Shown here one piece after another: positions 57,739-64,000 of a stretch of 64,000 nt of DNA. The stretch lies in the NCBI GenBank assembly GCA_965205265.1, contig CBDBGH010000003.1, forward strand, positions 352,001-416,000. The letters run 5' to 3'. The notes under the pieces were generated by a model. It was not told the DNA's origin. It was given only the letters and a program-made list of their open reading frames with translations, and made no database searches. Numbering within the stretch: position 1 is the stretch's first letter; every line of letters begins with the position of its first letter. A program made the translations under genes and the position numbers. The stretch comes from Alphaproteobacteria bacterium. GTDB taxonomy: Bacteria > Pseudomonadota > Alphaproteobacteria > Bin95.

Positions 57739-59487
57739 TCAGGTCTTTCCGGCCGCCGTGCGGGTCACGCCGTGACGGCGCATGATGACCCATTGCTGCG
57801 CCATGGAGAGGAGGTTGTTCCAGGTCCAGTAGATCACCAGGCCGGCCGGGAAGGTCGCCAGCAGGAAGGTGAAGACCAGCGGCATGAACTGGAAGATCTT
57901 GGCCTGGATGGGGTCGGCGGGCGTCGGGTTGAGCCGCATCTGCGCCCACATCGAAAGTCCCATCAGGATCGGCCAGATGCCGAGATGCAGGAAGGAGGGC
58001 GGCCCCCAGTCCACCAACCCGAACAGCGTGAACAGGTTTGTCGGATCGACCGCCGACAGGTCCTCGATCCAGCCGTAGAACGGCGCGTGGCGCATCTCGA
58101 TCGCCACGAACAGCACCTTGTAGAGCGCGAAGAAGACCGGGATCTGGATCAGGATCGGCAGGCAGCCGGCGGCCGGATTGACCTTCTCGCGCTTGTAGAG
58201 GGCCATCATCTCCTGATTGAGCTTCTGCCGGTCGTCGCCGAGGCGCTCGCGCAGCTTCACCATTTCCGGCTGCAGCGCCTTCATCTGGCTCATCGAGCGG
58301 TAGGACTTGTTGGCGAGCGGGAAGAAGACCAGCTTGACCGCGACCGTGAGCGCCAGGATCGCCAGGCCGAAATTGCCGAGCACGCCCTGGAGCCAGGAAA
58401 GCGCATAGAAGAACGGCTTGGTGAGGAAGTAGAACCAGCCGAAATCGATGGCGAGGTCGAACTTCGCGAAATTGAGGTCGTCGCGGTAGCGGTCCAGCAG
58501 ATGGGCCTTCTTGGCGCCCGCGAACACATGGTTGCGCACCGCGACGCGCCCGCCGGGCGGCACGGTGACGGCGGTGCGCAGATAGTCGGTCTGGTATTTG
58601 TCGAGGCCCTGTTCGAGCCTGTGCAGGAAGCGCGCCGTGAACGCTTCGCCCGGTTCCGGGATGAGGGCCGTCAGCCAGTATTTGTCGGTGATGCCGAGCC
58701 AGCCCTGCGTGTTCTCGACCTTGATCTCGCCGTCGTCGGCGAGGTCGTCATAGTCGTGCTCCTGCAACCCCTCGCCGAGAACCCCGAGCGGCCCTTCATG
58801 CAGGATGAAGAAACCCGAGGTCTCCGGCGTGCCGGAGCGCGAGACGAGGCCGTAGGGATAGAGCGTCACCGGCGAGGCGGTGTCGTTGGCAACGGATTGC
58901 TCGACCGTCAGCAGGAAGTCGTCCGCAAGTTCGACGGTCCGGGCGAAGCGCAGGCCCGCGCCATTGTCCCAGGACAGCTTGAGCGGCCGTTCCCGGCTCA
59001 GCTGGCGGTTGTTGGTGGCCCAGAGCGTGTCGCCGGCCGGCACCGGCGTCGTCCCGTCGGCCGCGACCCAGCCGAGCTCGGCGTAGAAGGCCCCGCGCGT
59101 GCCGGGCGGGGACAAGAGGGTGATAAGCGGACTGTCGGGATCGGGCGTCTGCCGGTAGTCCTTGAGCGTGATGCTGTCTATGCGCGCCCCGGCGAGCGGG
59201 ATCGAGCCGGAGACGCGGCCGTCTTCAATCGGGATGCGGGGCGCCTGCCCCTCGGTCGCGGGCTGCCGGGCGGCGGGCTGCGTTCCCGGAACGACGCCGG
59301 ACGGGGCGGGCAGTCCTCCGGGCGTGGGGATGGCGCCCCTCTCCGCGCCGGGCGCGGGCGGCGCACCAGGCGCGCTTGTCTCCTCCGCCGGTGGCGGCGG
59401 CTCCGGCGGCGGCATCATCATCTGGAACACCAGCAGGATGCCGATCGAGATGACGATCGCGAGGAGGAGGTTGCGGTTGTCGAGCAC
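57739..59487 (-). CDS. yidC: Membrane protein insertase YidC
   Basis: IDFGWF, GCLPILIQIPVFFALY, GLVIYWTWNN. Confidence 0.97.
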   Translation of the reverse strand: MLDNRNLLLAIVISIGILLVFQMMMPPPEPPPPAEETSAPGAPPAPGAERGAIPTPGGLPAPSGVVPGTQPAARQPATEGQAPRIPIEDGRVSGSIPLAGARIDSITLKDYRQTPDPDSPLITLLSPPGTRGAFYAELGWVAADGTTPVPAGDTLWATNNRQLSRERPLKLSWDNGAGLRFARTVELADDFLLTVEQSVANDTASPVTLYPYGLVSRSGTPETSGFFILHEGPLGVLGEGLQEHDYDDLADDGEIKVENTQGWLGITDKYWLTALIPEPGEAFTARFLHRLEQGLDKYQTDYLRTAVTVPPGGRVAVRNHVFAGAKKAHLLDRYRDDLNFAKFDLAIDFGWFYFLTKPFFYALSWLQGVLGNFGLAILALTVAVKLVFFPLANKSYRSMSQMKALQPEMVKLRERLGDDRQKLNQEMMALYKREKVNPAAGCLPILIQIPVFFALYKVLFVAIEMRHAPFYGWIEDLSAVDPTNLFTLFGLVDWGPPSFLHLGIWPILMGLSMWAQMRLNPTPADPIQAKIFQFMPLVFTFLLATFPAGLVIYWTWNNLLSMAQQWVIMRRHGVTRTAAGKT

Positions 59488-59504
59488 GGGGCGGAAGCGT
59501 CCGT

Positions 59505-59738
59505 TCAGCGGCGGTGAGCGCCGTGTTCCGGCGGCACCGGGTCATAGCCCGAACCGCCCCAGGGATGGCAGCGGGCGAGGCGTTTCGCCGCAAGCCAGCT
59601 GCCGCGCAGCACGCCGTGCGAATCGATGGCCTCCAGCGCAAAGGCGGAGCATGTGGGCCTGTAGCGGCAATTCGCCGGCAGCCAGGGCGAGATCAGCCAG
59701 CGATAGGCGTAGATCGGCGCTTTGAGCAGCAGCCTCAT
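59505..59738 (-). CDS. yidD: Membrane protein insertion efficiency factor
   Basis: [22 protein letters not shown]. Confidence 0.95.
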   Translation of the reverse strand: MRLLLKAPIYAYRWLISPWLPANCRYRPTCSAFALEAIDSHGVLRGSWLAAKRLARCHPWGGSGYDPVPPEHGAHRR

Positions 59739-60067
59739 CGCCGTTCGACCCGGTCGGCGGCGGCCCGGAGGTCGCCGGTCAGCGCCTCCCAGTCCCGAGT
59801 GAGCGCGGCGCGGCGGCCGATCACGACATAGTCCCTGCCGGGCCGGGGCTCCAGCGAGTCGCGCACGGCAGCGCGCAGGCGGCGGCGCACCCGGTTGCGT
59901 TCGACGGCGTTTCCGACCTTTTTCGACACGGTGTAGCCCACCTGCATGGGGCCGTCGTCGCCGCGCTCGCGCATCTGCAGCACGAGCCCGGCCGCGGCCC
60001 AGCGGCGGCCGGCCGCACGGACACGGAGGAAGTCGGCGCGTTTCCTGAGCGTCCGGGGGGTGTCCAT
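59735..60067 (-). CDS. rnpA: Ribonuclease P protein component
   Basis: [29 protein letters not shown]. Confidence 0.95.
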   Translation of the reverse strand: MDTPRTLRKRADFLRVRAAGRRWAAAGLVLQMRERGDDGPMQVGYTVSKKVGNAVERNRVRRRLRAAVRDSLEPRPGRDYVVIGRRAALTRDWEALTGDLRAAADRVERR

Positions 60068-60087
60068 GCGGGTCGGCGGAGCCGGGC

Positions 60088-60222
60088 TCAGGCCGAGAGG
60101 ACCTTGCGCCCCTTGGCGCGCCGCCGTTTCAGCACGCGGCGGCCGCCTACGGTCGCCTTGCGGGCGCGAAAGCCGTGGCGCCGCTTGCGCACGAGGCGGC
60201 TCGGCTGGAAAGTGCGTTTCAC
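60088..60222 (-). CDS. rpmH: 50S ribosomal protein L34 (not in ORF track)
   Basis: [46 protein letters not shown]. Confidence 0.97.
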   Translation of the reverse strand: MKRTFQPSRLVRKRRHGFRARKATVGGRRVLKRRRAKGRKVLSA

Positions 60223-60349
60223 GGAAAATGAGCTCCATCGCGGAGGATATTACGGCCGCCGGCCGCATCCAGATGGCCGGATAATGGAGATACCCCGCTC
60301 GGCTGTCAACGCTATGATGACGGGACGCGGACGATGCGGAGATGTGTGG

Positions 60350-61081
60350 ATGGCCGCTACCGGACGGCGCTCGCTCGGCGGCGCGGCGAAACGCCTTTCG
60401 ATCCTGGCGGTGCTGGCGGCCGGCCTCGCCGCCTTCTTCGCCGCCGGGCTCCATGAGCAGTTGAGCTTCGAGGCGCTCAGGGACAACCGGGAGATGCTGA
60501 CCTCCTGGGTCGAGGCGAACCTTTTGCTCGCGCTGCTCGCCTATCTGGCGGGCTATGCCGTCGTCATTGCCTTCTCGCTGCCGGTGGGCGCGGTCGCGAC
60601 CATTTCCGGCGGGTTCTTCTTCGGGCTGTGGTTCGGCACCGCGGCGACGGTCATCGGCGCCACGCTCGGCGCGACGGCCCTGTTCGTCGCGGCGCAGACC
60701 GTGCTCGGGGACCGCCTGCGCGCGCGCGTCGGGGCGGCGCTCGAACGCATGGACAGCGGTTTCCGGGAAAACGCCTTCAACTACCTGCTGGTGCTGAGGC
60801 TGGTGCCGCTGTTCCCGTTCTTCCTCGTGAACATTGCGCCGGCCTTCGCCAATGTGCGGCTTGCGACCTATGTCAGCGCCACCTTCATCGGCATCGTCCC
60901 CGGCACCTTCGTCTATACGAGCGTCGGCAACGGGCTGGGCGCGGTCTTCGACAGCGGCGGCGAGCCGGACCTCGGGCTCATCCTCGAGCCGGAAATCCTG
61001 CTGCCGATCCTGGGGCTGTCCGTGCTGGCACTGGTGCCGGTGATCTACAGGCGTTTCCGGCGCGCCCCGCCGCCGGCATGA
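60350..61081 (+). CDS. TVP38/TMEM64 (VTT/DedA) membrane protein
   Basis: LRLVPLFPFFLVN, ATFIGIVPGT. Confidence 0.9.
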   Translation: MAATGRRSLGGAAKRLSILAVLAAGLAAFFAAGLHEQLSFEALRDNREMLTSWVEANLLLALLAYLAGYAVVIAFSLPVGAVATISGGFFFGLWFGTAATVIGATLGATALFVAAQTVLGDRLRARVGAALERMDSGFRENAFNYLLVLRLVPLFPFFLVNIAPAFANVRLATYVSATFIGIVPGTFVYTSVGNGLGAVFDSGGEPDLGLILEPEILLPILGLSVLALVPVIYRRFRRAPPPA

Positions 61082-62457
61082 TGCGGCTGCCGCGCTCCTT
61101 TCGTTCGCTGTCGGCGCGCCTGCTGGTGCTCACCGTGTTTTTCGTCATGCTGGCGGAACTGCTGATCTACGCGCCGTCCATCGCGCGCTTCCGCACGGTG
61201 TATCTGGCGGACCGGCTGGCAGACGCCCATATCGCCGCGCTCGCGCTCGAGGCGGCGCCGGCCAGGGCCGTCGGCGAGGCGCTGGAAATGCGCCTGCTGC
61301 GCCAGGTGTCGGCCTACAGCGTCGAACTCAGGGTGGGCGACCACACGACCTACATGCTCGGCGGCAGCATGCCGCCCGAAGTGGATGCCGTCTTCGACCT
61401 CGACGAGACCATGGCGGTGTCTTCGGTATGGGACGCCGCGTCCACGCTCGCCCAGACAGGGAACCGGGTGCTGCAGGTCAGCGGCGCCTCTTCCCGCGAG
61501 CCGGGCGCGCGGGTCGAGATCACGATGGACGAATGGCCGATGCGCGAGGCGATGATCGCCTATTCCGAGCGCATCCTGCTGCTCTCGCTGGTGATCTCGG
61601 CCTTGACGGCGGCGGCGGTCTTCCTGGCGCTGCACTGGCTCATGGTCCGCCCGATGGGCCGGTTGACGGAGGCGATGGTGCGCTTCGGCGCCGACCCGGA
61701 AGACCAGAGCCGCATTCACGGGCCCTCGGAGCGCAGCGACGAGATCGGCACGGCCGAGCGCCAGCTTGCCGGGATGCAGCGCCGCCTGCACGCGGCGCTC
61801 AGCCACCGCGCGCATCTGGCGGCGGTGGGCGAGGGCGTGGCGAAGATCAACCACGACCTGCGCAACATGCTGGCCTCGGCCCAGCTCGTCTCCGACAGCC
61901 TCGGCGAGAGCCGCGACCCGCGCGTGCGCAAGGCGGTGCCGACCCTGGTGGGGGCGCTCGACCGGGCGGTCGGCCTCTGCACGCGGGTAGTGGATTTCGC
62001 GCGCGCCGGCGGCCCCCGGCTTACCCTGGAGGCCGTGCCGCTGGCCGAGGTGATGGACGATGCGGCGGGCGTCGCGGGCAAGGGCGTGTCGTGGACCAAC
62101 GGCATTGAGCCGGGGATAGCGGTGGAAGGCGACCGCGAGCAGTTGTTCCGCGTCTTCGCCAATCTCGCCCGCAATGCGGCGGAGGCCGGCGCCGGGACGG
62201 TTTCGGCGACGGCGAGAATGCGCGACGGGCGCGTGCATGTGACGGTTGCGGATGACGGCCCCGGCCTGCCGGAGCGGGCGCGCGAGAACCTGTTCCGGCC
62301 CTTCCAGGGCTCGACCCGGCCGGACGGCTCCGGCCTCGGCCTTGCGATCGCGCGCGAGATCATGCGCGCTCACGGCGGGTCCATACGGTTGATTTCCTCC
62401 GGCGGCGAGGGAACTGTCTTCCGGCTCGATTTCGCAATGTGCAGGGAGCGGCGATGA
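61078..62457 (+). CDS. HAMP-domain sensor histidine kinase
   Basis: INHDLRN, NLARNA, DDGPG, GSGLGL. Confidence 0.92.
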   Translation: MMRLPRSFRSLSARLLVLTVFFVMLAELLIYAPSIARFRTVYLADRLADAHIAALALEAAPARAVGEALEMRLLRQVSAYSVELRVGDHTTYMLGGSMPPEVDAVFDLDETMAVSSVWDAASTLAQTGNRVLQVSGASSREPGARVEITMDEWPMREAMIAYSERILLLSLVISALTAAAVFLALHWLMVRPMGRLTEAMVRFGADPEDQSRIHGPSERSDEIGTAERQLAGMQRRLHAALSHRAHLAAVGEGVAKINHDLRNMLASAQLVSDSLGESRDPRVRKAVPTLVGALDRAVGLCTRVVDFARAGGPRLTLEAVPLAEVMDDAAGVAGKGVSWTNGIEPGIAVEGDREQLFRVFANLARNAAEAGAGTVSATARMRDGRVHVTVADDGPGLPERARENLFRPFQGSTRPDGSGLGLAIAREIMRAHGGSIRLISSGGEGTVFRLDFAMCRERR

Positions 62458-63245
62458 GCACGAGAGGGGGCGGGGCCTGGAACCCCGGGCAATATCTGCG
62501 CTTCGGCGGACACCGCCTGCGGCCGGCGCTGGAGCTGTTCCAGCGGGTCGAGCACGACAATGTCCGCACCGCCGTCGACATGGGCTGCGGGACCGGCGAT
62601 ATCGCCCGCGCGATGGCGGCGCGCTGGCCGGAAGCGGAGGTGCGCGGGCACGACCTGTCGGACGCGATGCTGGAGTCGGCGGCGGCTGCGGACCCGGATG
62701 CCCGCATTGCCTGGTCGAGGGCCGATCTCCGCGACTGGCGGCCCGACCGGCCGGTGGACGTGCTCTACGCCAACGCCGTTTACCAGTGGGCGGACGACCA
62801 CGGGACGCTCTTTCCGCGCCTGCTGGGCGCGCTGGCGCCGGGGGGCGTGTTCGCGGCGCAGATGCCGATGAGCTGGTCGGAGCCGAGCCATGAGGGGATG
62901 CGCGCGGTCCTCGACGAACACGGCTTCGGCACGCCGGAATTGCGGACGCGGCTGGCGCGCAAATGGGTGGCGGAGGCGGAGGAGTATTACGGCCTGTTCC
63001 GGCCTCTGGTCTCGGAACTGGATATCTGGGAGACGCGCTACATCCAGGTGCTGGAGGGCGAGGACCCGGTGCTGGAATGGGTCAAGGGCACGGGGCTCCG
63101 CCCGGTCCTGGAAGCGCTGGAAGGCGAGGAGAAGGAGCGCTTCCTCGCCCTCTACGCAGCCCGCCTGCGCGAACTCTATCCGAGACGCGAGGGCGGCGAG
63201 ACCCTCTACCCCTTCCCCCGCCTGTTCATCGTGGCCCGGCTGTAG
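62454..63245 (+). CDS. tam: Trans-aconitate 2-methyltransferase
   Basis: WNPGQYLRF, DMGCGTG, WVKGTGLRP, YPFPRLFIVA. Confidence 0.88.
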   Translation: MSTRGGGAWNPGQYLRFGGHRLRPALELFQRVEHDNVRTAVDMGCGTGDIARAMAARWPEAEVRGHDLSDAMLESAAAADPDARIAWSRADLRDWRPDRPVDVLYANAVYQWADDHGTLFPRLLGALAPGGVFAAQMPMSWSEPSHEGMRAVLDEHGFGTPELRTRLARKWVAEAEEYYGLFRPLVSELDIWETRYIQVLEGEDPVLEWVKGTGLRPVLEALEGEEKERFLALYAARLRELYPRREGGETLYPFPRLFIVARL

Positions 63246-64000
63246 GGAATAGCGTTTCGATGACCGCGGTGTAGTAGTTCCGGGCGAAGCCGGCGTCGCG
63301 GGTGCGCTCCATGAGGTCGCGGGTGACATGGGCGGCGCGCATCTCCATCCCGGTGCCCTCGGCGAAATCGAGGGCGTAGGAGAGGTCCTTCAGGATGTAG
63401 TCGGTCGGGAAGGCGCCCTCGGTCGGGTGCTCGCCCGTCAGCAGGCATTTCATGCCGTGATTGCGCAGCACGAAGCTGTCGGCGGAGCTGCGCGCCAGCG
63501 TTTCGAACAGCACCTTGCCGTCCACCGCGCCGGAGGCCCGCGCCGCCGACAGCGCCTCCGCAAGCGCCACCACCGTCATCGCGACGACCATGTTGTTCAG
63601 CAGCTTCACTGCCTGGCCTGCCCCCGCGCCGCCGCAATGGGTGGTCTCGGCGGCCATGCAGTCCAGCAGCGGGCGGATGCGCGCGAAGGTCTCCGCGCTG
63701 CCGCCCACCATGATCGAGAGCGTGCCGTCGATGGCGGCCTGCGCCGTGCGGGCGACGGGCGCATCGGCAAAGACCGCGCCGCGCCCGGCGCAGGCTTGCG
63801 CCAGTTCGCGGGCGAGATCGGGCGGGGCGGTCGAGCAGTCCACCAGCGCCTGTCCCGGCCCCATCGCCGCGACCAGCCCGCCATCGCCCAGGCAGACGCT
63901 GCGCAGCTGCGGTTCGCCCGGCAGCGACAGCAGCACCGTGCCGGCGCGGCGCGCGATCTCCTCCGGCTCAGCGGCTTCCGCGCCTTCGGCCGCAAGCCGC
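63226..64000 (-). CDS. 3-hydroxyisobutyrate dehydrogenase-family oxidoreductase (5' end outside window)
   Basis: DAPVART, GAGQAVKLLNN, KDLSYA. Confidence 0.88.
   Translation of the reverse strand, partial: RLAAEGAEAAEPEEIARRAGTVLLSLPGEPQLRSVCLGDGGLVAAMGPGQALVDCSTAPPDLARELAQACAGRGAVFADAPVARTAQAAIDGTLSIMVGGSAETFARIRPLLDCMAAETTHCGGAGAGQAVKLLNNMVVAMTVVALAEALSAARASGAVDGKVLFETLARSSADSFVLRNHGMKCLLTGEHPTEGAFPTDYILKDLSYALDFAEGTGMEMRAAHVTRDLMERTRDAGFARNYYTAVIETLFPTAGPR

Noticed and set aside
59735-60350. Possible oriC next to rpmH-rnpA-yidC
   Set aside because: No dnaA, DnaA boxes or AT-rich unwinding element; this gene order without oriC is normal in Alphaproteobacteria
59735-60454. 239-aa extended RnpA ORF
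   Set aside because: The extension overlaps rpmH in another frame; RnpA starts at 60067

Overview
This is a GC-rich alphaproteobacterial chromosomal window (Rhodospirillales-like by gene order and LexA-box type, which is inference). From 1 to 9.9 kb it holds a branched-chain-type ABC operon with duplicated permeases, an orphan IS630 HTH, a DUF3800 gene with a promoter and structured small RNA upstream, an amidohydrolase and a truncated N,N-dimethylformamidase. From about 9.95 to 34.1 kb is a mosaic mobilizable island. Its mobility genes are three tandem MobC-like RHH genes, a MOBF relaxase-helicase with a C-terminal repeat array, a Cre-like recombinase with a lox-like 13-8-13 site, HU and TopA. 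Its cargo is broken integrase, type ISP R-M, PotD and OMP genes plus surface proteins (two TbpB-like lipoproteins and an FN3/cadherin autotransporter). From 34 to 64 kb are catabolic and housekeeping genes (dapD, dapE, recA, a peptide ABC transporter, argB, engB, yidC, yidD, rnpA, rpmH), a lower-GC ORFan cassette and two copies of a REP-containing MITE. The best novelty candidates are the promoter-sRNA-DUF3800 unit, the Cre-like recombinase/site pair and the structured leader of the lipoprotein gene. All family calls come from motif recognition by eye; no database searches were run.
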